Of a DNA stretch of 64,000 nucleotides, positions 17,662 through 27,113 are shown piece by piece. Position 1 is the first letter of the stretch; every line of letters starts with the position of its first letter. Both the position numbers and the translations under genes were made by a program. The notes beneath the pieces were generated by a model, which saw only the letters and a program-made list of their open reading frames with translations, was not told the DNA's origin and made no database searches. This DNA comes from an uncultured Acidobacteriota bacterium (lineage in GTDB: Bacteria > Acidobacteriota > Terriglobia > Acidiferrales > UBA7541), in NCBI GenBank assembly GCA_963767205.1, contig CAVYDF010000009.1, positions 191,501 to 255,500 on the forward strand, in the 5' to 3' direction.

Positions 17662-17826
17662 ATGAGAATGACACACCTGACACCAAAAGAATTTTCCTCT
17701 GTTCCTTGTCCAAGTTGCGGTGCCGCAGCCGGGCACCTTTGTGAACTGCATTCAGGTGCCCTGCGCGTCGAACCACATTTGGACCGGAAGCTGGCCGCTG
17801 CTCAGGCGGTGGAAAGCAAAAGATAA
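17662..17826 (+). CDS. Small zinc-finger-like protein (54 aa, below the ORF-track cutoff)
   Basis: My translation is MRMTHLTPKEFSSVPCPSCGAAAGHLCELHSGALRVEPHLDRKLAAAQAVESKR. The CPxCG..C..H pattern is present. It sits directly upstream of the DUF2934 gene. Confidence 0.45.
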   Translation: MRMTHLTPKEFSSVPCPSCGAAAGHLCELHSGALRVEPHLDRKLAAAQAVESKR

Positions 17827-17848
17827 GAACGGGGGACAAGGAGCCGTC

Positions 17849-18046
17849 GTGTCAGACACTGAGAAGAAGGTACCGAGTCTTGAAGAGATAGAACTGCGTG
17901 CCTACGAAATCTATTTGAAACGGGGCGACGCAGACGGCGTTGCGCTGGAAGACTGGCTCGCTGCCGAGAAGGAACTACTGGCATCACGTCAGACAGAGCT
18001 GTCCGACCCGACATTCCCGTTGGTGAAACCTGCAGCCGCCTCCTGA
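17849..18046 (+). CDS. DUF2934-like small protein
   Basis: GTG 17849 is preceded by AAGGAG. It contains EEIELRAYEIYLKRGDADGVALEDWLAAEKEL. A paralog lies at 32624-32818. Confidence 0.65.
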   Translation: MSDTEKKVPSLEEIELRAYEIYLKRGDADGVALEDWLAAEKELLASRQTELSDPTFPLVKPAAAS

Positions 18047-18078
18047 TGTTCGGAGGGCCGGATTCGTGGATGAATGTG

Positions 18079-18279
18079 CTACGCTTCGCCACCTTCCTCT
18101 CCCGACGCCAACGCACATGAATGCCACTCCTCATCTTCGGCGTGCGCATCGCAGAACCACCTACCGCACCTCGAACACCGAATCGTGGAGGGATGAGGGC
18201 ACGGCTCATCGTTAGGCGACACGGCCTGACAGAAATGCTTCAGGTTCGCGCTCGATAGTTCGTTCTCTCCCATCAGCAT
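18079..18279 (-). CDS. Hypothetical Cys-rich small protein
   Basis: 66 aa with CPHPSTIRCSRCGRWFCDAHAEDEEWHSC. No family recognised. Confidence 0.4.
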   Translation of the reverse strand: MLMGENELSSANLKHFCQAVSPNDEPCPHPSTIRCSRCGRWFCDAHAEDEEWHSCALASGEEGGEA

Positions 18280-18372
18280 GCCTTTGGCAGAAACTCGATT
18301 GGCAGGTTACCAACCACGCTCCCTCTGGCATCGAGCTGTTTTTGTTTCCTCGGTGAGAGCGCGACGTGTGAC

Positions 18373-18801
18373 TCACCCTTCCTTATCCAGATACTCGGCA
18401 GGAACATCATCCTGTGGCACTTCATGCGTGCGAACTTCCACTTCGTCAGCGTCCTCGGCTTCCTCTACCCCCATCACCACCTCGGCTTCGAACGCGTTAC
18501 CTTCTTCGAGCAACTCATCCACGCTCTCCGAGTCCGCACATTCTACGTGGGACAATCCTTGCAAATCACCAGATAGCTCCCTCAACGTCGCTCGCCCATC
18601 CTCCAACCCGAGTGCCACGATGTCCACGCTTTGGCGTTCCTCCCGAATCCGTTTCTTAAGCGCGCCCGTTGTTTTCCCGCCGGTTGCCTTCTTCCCGCCT
18701 ACCTTTGTTTTCACCTCCGCTTTTTTCGGAGCCGTCTTCTTCTTCGCCAACCTCTTCTTGGTAGTTACCCTCTTCTTACCCGCCTTTTTCATCGGAGCCA
18801 C
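18373..18801 (-). CDS. Hypothetical bipartite protein: Lys-rich histone-H1-like N-terminus, acidic C-terminus
   Basis: KKAGKKRVTTKKRLAKKKTAPKKAEVKTKVGGKKATGGK, followed by ..DELLEEGNAFEAEVVMGVEEAEDADEVEVRTHEVPQDDVPAEYLDKE. Confidence 0.6.
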   Translation of the reverse strand: MAPMKKAGKKRVTTKKRLAKKKTAPKKAEVKTKVGGKKATGGKTTGALKKRIREERQSVDIVALGLEDGRATLRELSGDLQGLSHVECADSESVDELLEEGNAFEAEVVMGVEEAEDADEVEVRTHEVPQDDVPAEYLDKEG

Positions 18802-18939
18802 CTTCTATCCGCAATTCTCTTCGACTTTGTCTGCTTCTTCTCGGTTTTCTTTGATAGCCACACGCGCAGTCTGGCACTGGTAGGTCATTCCTAGCCGAAT
18901 TCCTTACAGAAGCACGGCAGTTTGCTCGCAACTGGCTGC

Positions 18940-19146
18940 TCACTGTCCTGAACCCTCCCACGCCTTCATAGCTTCTTCCTCCGATTTGAAGTAACAGTCC
19001 TCTCGATTCCCCTCATAGAATTCCTTCCAACCTTCCGTCTTGCTCCAAATCATATCGCCACGCACAAAGTACCACGGGCATTCGAGCCCCCCAATATCGC
19101 TCTTCAACAGTTCCACTCCAACAGCCAGCTTGGAATTGCTTTTCAC
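18940..19146 (-). CDS. Hypothetical protein
   Basis: 68 aa ORF with a normal composition (..CPWYFVRGDMIWSKTEGWKEFYEGN..). No family recognised. Confidence 0.4.
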   Translation of the reverse strand: MKSNSKLAVGVELLKSDIGGLECPWYFVRGDMIWSKTEGWKEFYEGNREDCYFKSEEEAMKAWEGSGQ

Positions 19147-19656
19147 GACCCGCCGAGACTAGCTCGCCTCATAGCTGCACTCTTTGCGACGGATGTTAGG
19201 CCGCGCCGAGAGGCAAGTCAACGCGATGGAAAGCGGGTTGGATTTCTCGGATGGGGTTCGTTTGGTGGTTTGGTGCGGTTTGCGGAGCTAGCGAGATTTC
19301 AGGCTATTCCCGCTTCGCTCGTGCTCTCACACTTTCGCGGACTTGCGTGCCGTATGTTCAGGCTGGCCCGAACTGCCGGAAGTCACTTCGGACGTAAACA
19401 CAGGGATTGCAGAATACGTGATGGGTTTGGACTTGAGGGCTATCGATTCGGCGTATCGTGGTGCGGCATAACAAACAAAGTGCTCGACACACACGTAGTA
19501 TTCCAAGAACCTCGGCTTACCGCAGTTTCTGCTGAAACAAGTGAGCGTCACATTCATGACCTATTTTCGGCGCGGGTTCTCAAGAACAGCCGTCGATGTG
19601 TTCTGTTCACTCGCCGCTCCATTCAGCCACGATAGTGCCGGTGGCGGCGGCAGGCA

Positions 19657-19668
19657 AATAGCGCTATT
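19657..19668. promoter_or_regulatory. Perfect 12 bp palindrome AATAGCGCTATT upstream of the RHH-recombinase pair
   Basis: Read directly from the sequence, 80 nt upstream of the RHH start. It could be an RHH operator or a recombinase subsite. Confidence 0.3.
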
Positions 19669-19747
19669 GGATTGGTTTCGTAAGCGTACACATTCAATAC
19701 CCACCACAGGTAACTGTAGACATATGTATGCCTATCTGCTACTATAT

Positions 19748-19897
19748 ATGCGCATGAAGCGAACAGCCCTGTTCTTGAAAGAGCAGCAGTTGGAGAAGCT
19801 CCAGACGCTATCCGAGAAAACGGGCGCGCCTATCGCAGAACTGGTTCGCCGCGCCATTGACGCTTATTTGTTATCCAGAAGGAAGGAACTGAAGTGA
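19748..19897 (+). CDS. Ribbon-helix-helix (CopG-like) DNA-binding protein
   Basis: 49 aa: MRMKRTALFLKEQQLEKLQTLSEKTGAPIAELVRRAIDAYL. The stop overlaps the recombinase GTG (GTGA at 19894-19897). Confidence 0.65.
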   Translation: MRMKRTALFLKEQQLEKLQTLSEKTGAPIAELVRRAIDAYLLSRRKELK

Positions 19898-20511
19898 CGA
19901 AGCGAGCAGTACTTTATTCCCGAGTGAGCACCGGAGACCAGCACCTTGAAACCCAGCTGCTGGACCTGCGCGAACTGACGAAGCAGCGCGGACTGGAAAT
20001 CGTTCGTGAGTACAGCGATGTAATCTCTGGGGCGAAATCGAAACGTCCCGGTCTTGAGAGTTTGATGTCCGATGCTCGGCGGCATCGCTTTGACGTTTTG
20101 TTAGTTTCGGCCTTCGACCGGATTGCTAGAAACGTGCGCCATTTCCTTGAGGTTTTGGATGAGCTGAACCATCTCAACATCCAGTTCATCAGCCTGCGGG
20201 AGAACATAGACACGGGTGGTCCGCTCGGGCGGGCAATGTTAACCATCATTGGCGCGATTGCTGAACTTGAACGGTCGCTGATTGCTGAGCGCGTAAAGAG
20301 TGGGATGCGCCGGGCAAAACTGGAAGGGAGACGGATTGGAAGGGCCCCGCTGAATATTGACAGAGAGCAGGTCGTGGAAGACCGCCGGTCGGGAATGTCG
20401 CTAACGCAGGTTGCAAAAAAGCACAGGATTTCACGGGCGTCGGTTTGCCGTCTGGTGAGGGAATCGGGCGCAAGCGCAACACGCGTGATTGCTCTCGAAA
20501 ACGCAGCGTGA
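19894..20511 (+). CDS. Serine recombinase (resolvase/invertase family)
   Basis: AVLYSRVSTGDQ carries the catalytic Ser motif. Also present are ..LLVSAFDRIARN..ISLRENIDTGGPLGRAMLTIIGAIAELERSLIAERVKSG and a C-terminal HTH, GMSLTQVAKKHRISRASVCR. Confidence 0.9.
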   Translation: MTKRAVLYSRVSTGDQHLETQLLDLRELTKQRGLEIVREYSDVISGAKSKRPGLESLMSDARRHRFDVLLVSAFDRIARNVRHFLEVLDELNHLNIQFISLRENIDTGGPLGRAMLTIIGAIAELERSLIAERVKSGMRRAKLEGRRIGRAPLNIDREQVVEDRRSGMSLTQVAKKHRISRASVCRLVRESGASATRVIALENAA

Positions 20512-20525
20512 TGTTCCAAACACTG

Positions 20526-20681
20526 CTAGGCGTGAGCAACTTTTCGCTTCTGGAACGCTTTGCACTGACACCAAACGCGGTCTGTTTTTCTGGGGTCTGG
20601 ATGGGGCCGCCAGCCATTGCAACCGTAGGTTCTATGTAGCGACTGCGGGTGGCCGCACACGCAAATTTCGTCGCGCTCCAT
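20526..20681 (-). CDS. Small Cys/His-rich protein (51 aa, below the ORF-track cutoff)
   Basis: My translation is MERDEICVCGHPQSLHRTYGCNGWRPHPDPRKTDRVWCQCKAFQKRKVAHA. GAGGG lies 5 nt upstream of the ATG. Confidence 0.4.
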   Translation of the reverse strand: MERDEICVCGHPQSLHRTYGCNGWRPHPDPRKTDRVWCQCKAFQKRKVAHA

Positions 20682-21075
20682 GTGACCCTCACACCAAAGT
20701 GTCGTGCGTCGCCGGGATACGGGGGCAATCAGGTGTTCGCCCTAAGCATTCGCTTTCACTCCGGCGGCCAACGGTACAACCAGCCACTTCGAGCGGTATG
20801 GAAACAAACCACTCACTTCGCATTGCGAGAGAATAAGTCAGAAACCGTCACGACCACCTCGCTCGAAGGACCCGTGCTTGACATCAGTTCACAAGCAGGC
20901 TTATTCGTTGTTGTTATCCCAAGCGCGGGCTCGAAAATGGCCTCAGTGGTCACTTCAAGACCGGCCAACGGTGGTCAGAGCAAACCAACCGAAGGGCTCC
21001 GGCGCGATGGAACAGCCCGCCTACGCTGTCAGACCGACGTGGTAGAATGCCGCGTCCAAGGAACGGTGTTTGAGC

Positions 21076-21234
21076 ATGGAAGGTCGCGGCGGGACAGCAG
21101 GTGTTGGTTTCTGGGGCTTCGGAAGTATGCTGGCTATTACTCTCTCATGGAGCGTCAACCACTCCATCCTATGGATGGCCCTTCACGGCATTCTAAGCTG
21201 GCTCTACGTAATCTACTATGCAATTAAGCGGTAG
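21076..21234 (+). CDS. Small two-helix membrane protein (52 aa, below the ORF-track cutoff)
   Basis: My translation is MEGRGGTAGVGFWGFGSMLAITLSWSVNHSILWMALHGILSWLYVIYYAIKR. An extended -10-like TGGTAGAAT lies at 21040-21048. Confidence 0.4.
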   Translation: MEGRGGTAGVGFWGFGSMLAITLSWSVNHSILWMALHGILSWLYVIYYAIKR

Positions 21235-21522
21235 GAATCAACTGGGCACGGCCTAGGTCAAGACCGTCATCAGGTAGATGTCTCTGCTACCGGAGTGTGA
21301 GTGCGACTGCGTAGCCCGTCAGCAGCCCATGAAACAATGCCTGCCCAAAATTCCGTGGCGCGCGCCTCCCCGCACAAAGTGGTGCAAAAGGGTCGGCTGC
21401 ACGGTACTCGTAAGCTATTGATTTGAAAAGGGAGCGCTTTTCGAAAAGAGGTGGTTAACAACGTACAGGTTTCGCACCAACACAGCAGCAAGCTTTCCGT
21501 AACATAACCGACGTACAATTTT

Positions 21523-22434
21523 GTGGTGCGCTATCAAATCACCGGCGACGACGGAACGCTCACAGCGTTCTTAGAGGGCGTTTGCAAAACTCTGACCGAA
21601 GCGCTGAACAACGAAAAACAGAACGTACCGGGCCATGTTTCGCATCCGCCTTTCCAGTGCGTATTTTCGGAAAGTGATGAGCCGCAAGCCAAGGCCATGC
21701 TAATGGCTGGCGTGTCGGTTATTTGCATTACGAAGGGAATGCTAGGATTGGCGTGGACTACGTGTGACCTGTTGAGCAAATCGGAGCACGTTATTCAGCT
21801 CTTCAACCACGCCCCATCAAATCAAATCCACGTAGCGTTATTTCAAACGCAACTCTCATTCATTCTGTGCCACGAGTATGCGCATCACGTTCATGGGCAC
21901 TTGGCGCATAACTCGTTCGGGCTTGAGGATGGTGACATTCAGACCCAAGTATTTGAAGTTGACGCGGACTGTTACGCCATCTATTTCGTACTGGCATTTC
22001 TGATAAAAGGCGAGGGAAGGGCCGGAGCGGTGGAACGCTTGAATTGCGCGGACGCAAACAGTGGCGCACAGGAGGAGGCCCTATTTGCTTCTTTTGTTTT
22101 GGCAACCGGCGGCTTCCTGTATGCAACGCCCCCGGTTCCGCTGGACACGACCCGGATATTCCAGCAACGTTACCCGCCTCTTGCTGCCAGAATGAACTGG
22201 ATTACGCACAGCGCGATAGATTGGTGTGACCAAAACAAGCCGCACCTTAAAGAGTGGATGACTTTGGACAAGTGGAGGGTGCTCATGCTCTTCGCGGCTA
22301 TCGCCGTGTCGGAACTTAACGGCGGTGCCCATTGGGGTGAGCAAACCAGCTTCCTTACATCGGAGAAGGGAGCTGAGTACGTAAGAGTGGTTATGGCACG
22401 ATTTGAGGAATACAAACGCTCGCTGTATAGCTAA
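21523..22434 (+). CDS. Putative zinc metallopeptidase (HExxH)
   Basis: 303 aa. The LCHEYAHHVHGH motif is followed by FEVDADCYAIYF. No closer family assignment is possible by eye. Confidence 0.6.
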   Translation: MVRYQITGDDGTLTAFLEGVCKTLTEALNNEKQNVPGHVSHPPFQCVFSESDEPQAKAMLMAGVSVICITKGMLGLAWTTCDLLSKSEHVIQLFNHAPSNQIHVALFQTQLSFILCHEYAHHVHGHLAHNSFGLEDGDIQTQVFEVDADCYAIYFVLAFLIKGEGRAGAVERLNCADANSGAQEEALFASFVLATGGFLYATPPVPLDTTRIFQQRYPPLAARMNWITHSAIDWCDQNKPHLKEWMTLDKWRVLMLFAAIAVSELNGGAHWGEQTSFLTSEKGAEYVRVVMARFEEYKRSLYS

Positions 22435-22456
22435 CTTCTTGCGCAAAGCTGCCCAC

Positions 22457-22699
22457 TTACCAAGGAAGTGTGCCGTCCAACCCATCTCCTGATGCTCCGC
22501 CAAAACCGCCCGGTTGCTGCTTCCACTGCTTGTACCACTCGTGCCATTTTTCGTTCGCCACTCTGTAGTCTGCTGTGGCGTACGATTGAGGTTCCAGTTT
22601 GCGAATAGCAAATTCTACGAAGTAGCCAGTGGGAAAACCCTCTCTAACAATTTCCCATGCCATGAGCTTTTCTGTTCCTCTCATGATGCGCTTCACCAA
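22457..22699 (-). CDS. Hypothetical protein, possibly the C-terminal part of the upstream membrane protein
   Basis: This reading frame stays open upstream into the end of gene 22866-23357 (..VRFYDAKKQILYQTSHEVVYNAFWREAHIF..). A frameshift-split single gene is therefore plausible. Confidence 0.4.
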   Translation of the reverse strand: MVKRIMRGTEKLMAWEIVREGFPTGYFVEFAIRKLEPQSYATADYRVANEKWHEWYKQWKQQPGGFGGASGDGLDGTLPW

Positions 22700-22865
22700 G
22701 AGTTTGTTAGGTCCCGGAGGTGTATTAACTAGGGTCGCAGCCTCGGGAAGCGGTGGGGTCGCATCAACCGGGGTTGTGCTCTGAACGAGGAAGATGTGCG
22801 CCTCACGCCAAAAAGCGTTGTAAACAACTTCATGCGATGTCTGATATAAAATCTGTTTCTTAGCG

Positions 22866-23357
22866 TCATAGAACCTGACGTTTTATTGGTACTCGCACAT
22901 TGAGGTCTTCATCTTCACTTAAGTCTTCCAACTCAAACTTAAGAAGCGCCTCAAAGTCCTTGTAATGGGTCCCAAATGTTTTCTGGCGCAAATCCATGGC
23001 CGCGTAAACGGGATGGTCCTTTTCTATTCGAGCAATATTTTCAAATGTGGCTTTATAGCGGTGCGATTCTTTCGGTTGTATCTGAACGTCATAAGCAACT
23101 GTCCCGCTCGTGTTCACGACCTTCAGTTTTTCATCGCGCACATTCCAACCCGTCGTATCGGTCTTTGAAAGGTTAAAAATCAGGTCAAGGTGCGGAGCTG
23201 CCTCCATCGCTGGTTGCGCGGCGTTGGTAGGGGTATGCCTTTCAGGTGTCGGGACGGGCTTTGTTATCTGCTGTGGGTCGGGCAAGAAGAACGAAACCAA
23301 ACCCAAGACGACAAAGAACACTCCTAAGGCTAGCAACGTGTGCGGGGGCCATGACAC
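22866..23357 (-). CDS. Membrane-anchored hypothetical protein (probably extends to ATG 23506 via a frameshift)
   Basis: TM helix LLALGVFFVVLGLVSFFL. The frame is open upstream to 23489, encoding a second helix APVFIIGGISFIIDQI. An ATG (MWERLKRRY) at 23506 lies in an adjacent frame. Confidence 0.5.
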   Translation of the reverse strand: MSWPPHTLLALGVFFVVLGLVSFFLPDPQQITKPVPTPERHTPTNAAQPAMEAAPHLDLIFNLSKTDTTGWNVRDEKLKVVNTSGTVAYDVQIQPKESHRYKATFENIARIEKDHPVYAAMDLRQKTFGTHYKDFEALLKFELEDLSEDEDLNVRVPIKRQVL

Positions 23358-23914
23358 GTGTACATCGTTTCTGCTCGCAAACCAACCCTTTCCGATTGCA
23401 TACAGTTCCTTAACGGTCTCTATCCGTCCAATTTGGTCGATAATGAATGAGATGCCACCAATGATAAAAACAGGCGCGTATAGCGGCGTTTAAGTCGTTC
23501 CCACATGGCAATGGTTTTACCATGGACGTATTACAGCCGATACCAATTACGAAGAAGACTCTTCCCGTCAAAAAATTGAATGCGCCAAAGCTTTAGTGCG
23601 ATGAATGCAGGTCACACGGCGGCAAGGTTCGGTCAAAGCGCAAACGCAAACTAAAATCCTGAATTCGTCTTTGAATGCACAACGTACGGTCACGCCACGG
23701 TACATTCCAACGGCTTGCTAACAACAGATGGAAGACCACTCAAAGGAAGTTGTTAACAACTAAGCAGCCGCGCATCAGCGCTGTTCTTGAGGATTCGGCG
23801 CAGCGTTGATGGTGTCGCGTGATATCGGTAATTCCAAGCGGTGCGACGCTGCTTTATAACCGAAGAATCCATCAAGCGTCTCGGCTTCGTAGCGGAGCGC
23901 TATACTGTTCGATT

Positions 23915-24741
23915 ATGGACTTCTTCTTCGCAGACGATTCGCGGCAACGGTCACCGACGCGCCAAGGAATGGGCGAATTGGTAGGCGTAGGAGGAATCTA
24001 CATCCCATCAGAGAATATAATGAGCCTCGAACGGTCACTGAATGGATTGTGCCGAAAGGTTGGGTTTCCAGTCGGTGACGAATTCAAGTGGTCGCCAGAC
24101 CGCAAGGGTTGGATGCACAACCAGCTAAAAGGCAAAGAACGAGAGACATTCATTTGTGATGTGTTTCGCTTTTGCCGGGAAAGCAGGGTGACTGCAGTAG
24201 TAATCGCCAGCGAAACGACCGCGAAGCATCCGGCGATATATACCAATCACGAAGATTACGTGACCCAAATTCTTATCGAACGGATAGAAAGACTGGCTAA
24301 CAGCGTCGGTCGCGACGTAGTTGTCGTTTTTGATAGACCCGGAGGAAACAAAGCTGACGAAGACAGTTTCTTAGAACGATGCTTAGAAACTATCCAGAAC
24401 GGAACGCCTTACCGGCGCTTTTCGAGAATCGCGTTGAACGCTCTATCCACGAGTTCACATTTCATCCGGCTATTACAAGCGCTGACGTTTTAACGGGTTG
24501 CGTTTTGGCTTATATTGCCGGGGAATTAACATATGCGCCGCCTTTGATACCCTTCATCAGGCCGTTGTTGGCGAGCAACGCTGGCACGGTTGGTGGAGTA
24601 GGAATCAAAATTCTCCCGGATGTTTCATATCTAAATCTATACCATTGGCTATTCGGAGACACTGAAGTAATCCAAGGAAACATGATTTATACGCTACCGA
24701 CCGCAAAGCGCCCCTACGTGCGTGGCGCAGACCAACGTTAA
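23915..24741 (+). CDS. DUF3800-like protein (apparent frameshift near 24478-24484)
   Basis: It starts MDFFFADDSRQ. The C-terminal part ADVLTGCVLAYIAGE.. lies in the frame of ORF 24379..24741. The two pieces join at ..SSHFIRLLQA|ADVLTG. Confidence 0.55.
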
Positions 24742-24879
24742 TCCACTGCGGCGCGCTGAACGCTACCAGCGCAAATCCAGCGCATCAGTGTCGTGACCTG
24801 CTCTGTGGCTCTGCCGCACATCGCCTTGTCCCGTCCAATGGCTCACGAAGGCGTGCTATATTTCGCGTTGCCAGACACT

Positions 24880-25254
24880 ATGCGGAATTACCGAACTGCA
24901 CTGCTTTTGATTCTTTGCTTCGCGCTGCCTTGCATCACGCAGGCACAGACCGCTCATTTAACTGCGGCAGAAGCTAAAAATCATGTGGGCCAGACCGCTA
25001 CGGTCTGCGGACTTGTTGCTAGCGCTCATTTTGCCGAGAAGGCGAAAGGTCTGCCTACGTTTATGAACCTTGATATGCCATATCCCCAACAGATATTTAC
25101 AATTGTGATTTGGGGGACGGACAGACCAAAATTCGGAAACCCAGAACGTACTTACCGCGACAAGAATGTCTGCGTGAGCGGGAAGATAACCAGCCATCGC
25201 GGGATACCTGAAATCATTATTAACACGCCTGCGCAGATTCAAATCCAAAAATAA
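24880..25254 (+). CDS. Secreted hypothetical protein
   Basis: The signal peptide is MRNYRTALLLILCFALPCITQAQ, followed by ..VGQTATVCGLVASAHFAEKAKGLPTFMNLD..IFTIVIWG..VCVSGKITSHRGIPEIII. Confidence 0.6.
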   Translation: MRNYRTALLLILCFALPCITQAQTAHLTAAEAKNHVGQTATVCGLVASAHFAEKAKGLPTFMNLDMPYPQQIFTIVIWGTDRPKFGNPERTYRDKNVCVSGKITSHRGIPEIIINTPAQIQIQK

Positions 25255-25306
25255 GCGCTTCTAGCAATATTTCATCGCATGTACCATGAGCGGCTGATAG
25301 CTGAAG

Positions 25307-25897
25307 ATGCCGAAGCTAACGCCTGAACATGTAGCTGGGATAGTTGCGGAGAGGCTTGGACAAGCCTTTTCATGTTCTCAGTTCATAAACCTGTTTGAAG
25401 ACCATGAACTATCATCGGGCTGGACGTTGGGCGACGCACTCGCCGCTTGGTTTTCGCTCGGGAATCTAGCTTTAGTGGTCTCGCTCTCGGAAGCCTTCAA
25501 CGATGAAGCAAAATCCTCACTCATCATTCGCTTCTGCCAGATATTGCTGCCGAAACATTGGGGCATGTCCAATGAAATTTGTGCCAAGTTTCGGGTTCTT
25601 ATCGAAAGGACGGAAGCCGCTGCGTTCGCTTCCTTCAATGCCTGCAAGGATGGAACCGAGCTACTCGTATTCTTTTCCCGATACGTAAGCAGAATGTTGG
25701 GTACATCGCTGCCCTTTGCCGAGCACAGCGGGTTTGAAAATGAACCATCGCATGTCAGGTATCAGGTCACAGACCCCATTCTGGCTGCATCTGTCTGTGG
25801 ATTGTTCGTCAAGTTCTGCACTGCCACGAAGGAGTTTCTCGAACAAGCCCCAATTGATTGGTCACCCCCAAAGGCTATTGAAGCAAGACGTGGTTAG
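25307..25897 (+). CDS. Hypothetical protein
   Basis: 196 aa ORF with protein-like composition. No motif recognised. Confidence 0.5.
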   Translation: MPKLTPEHVAGIVAERLGQAFSCSQFINLFEDHELSSGWTLGDALAAWFSLGNLALVVSLSEAFNDEAKSSLIIRFCQILLPKHWGMSNEICAKFRVLIERTEAAAFASFNACKDGTELLVFFSRYVSRMLGTSLPFAEHSGFENEPSHVRYQVTDPILAASVCGLFVKFCTATKEFLEQAPIDWSPPKAIEARRG

Positions 25898-25987
25898 CAC
25901 GAAAAGAGTCACAGTTTTCTGGTTCGGAAGCGTGTCAATTTCAACGGCTGTGCCATGCACGATTTTCGTGAGTGAGACTGGCACGCC

Positions 25988-26734
25988 CTAACGTCCCAAA
26001 ATCTGCTTTCCCTGCTCCACCAGTCCAACAATCCACTGCAAATGTGGTGCGAGTTTCGCCGACACGTCAGTCGCAAGCGTCATTATGGCTGACAGCTTTG
26101 ATGTGTTATCCAAAACCGTGTGCCAATTCCAGCCGCTCTTTGGTTTCTGCATTTCGACAGCAATCGCGTTTATCGCGCTCACTGCCTCTAGCATTTGGCG
26201 TCCGGTTAGGTCCAAACTCTGTTTCAGCAACGCTGTGATTTCCTCCAGCTTCGTGCCTTCTTGCGTTGTGACCTGACTGACGTTTTGGGTCGCGTTGTCC
26301 ATTGCAATCGCCAAATTGCTATTGATTGTGATGGGGGCATTTGCGCTGATGTGAAATCCCGCCCTCTGGGGTGTGCTCGGCTGCGTAGGTAATTCCACAT
26401 CAAACCGCTGGATGTCAGCAATTGCGCCCTTGAGGCAATGCTCTGCGGCATCGCAACCACGCTCATAGTAGGCTTGCATCGTTTGTGGCGCTGGCCCCCC
26501 GCGTCCCGAAAAGCTCCTCCTACGCGCCGCTCCGAAACGAATGTTAGAAAACCGAATGAAGCGCGGAGAGGTCGGAAGATATTTCATGAATAACGCGTTC
26601 GTGGAATCTTTCCATTGGGTAAATTCTGGCGTGATTCCATGCAGATATCTGACGCTTCCCAACGCAGCTAGTTGTTCCTTGAAAAGCTCGATTGCTCGCT
26701 GACCGTTCGGGCTGAGTTTCTCACTGTCAGTCAT
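25988..26734 (-). CDS. Hypothetical protein
   Basis: 248 aa ORF. No motif recognised. Confidence 0.5.
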   Translation of the reverse strand: MTDSEKLSPNGQRAIELFKEQLAALGSVRYLHGITPEFTQWKDSTNALFMKYLPTSPRFIRFSNIRFGAARRRSFSGRGGPAPQTMQAYYERGCDAAEHCLKGAIADIQRFDVELPTQPSTPQRAGFHISANAPITINSNLAIAMDNATQNVSQVTTQEGTKLEEITALLKQSLDLTGRQMLEAVSAINAIAVEMQKPKSGWNWHTVLDNTSKLSAIMTLATDVSAKLAPHLQWIVGLVEQGKQILGR

Positions 26735-27113
26735 GGGTCGTTCTTAAGGTGTGGGGTGTGCCAGCGTCAGTGGAAGATTAACCATGTCCATTGGCTTTGC
26801 GAGAATATCACAGAAGTACTATGCACCAGTTGCGACCCTCAACGTAGCGCTGTCGGTCAGCATATCGAGATTTGTTTCGGAGCAGGGCTTTCCGCGTGTG
26901 GACAACAACTTTTGATACCTCCTCCTACGCGTGCGGTCGGTCGGGGGCGAAACCCCTTCATCCGTCCAACTTCCGTCTGACGGCAGCGGCTACTCACCTC
27001 GGTCGTTCGTACCAAAGATTGCCAGCCGCCGATTTCGCTTTTTGACGTGGCGGGAAACAGTCATACCTCAGCCACTGCTATCAGGCGACCGGCGTTGTGA
27101 GATAATCCCGCCA

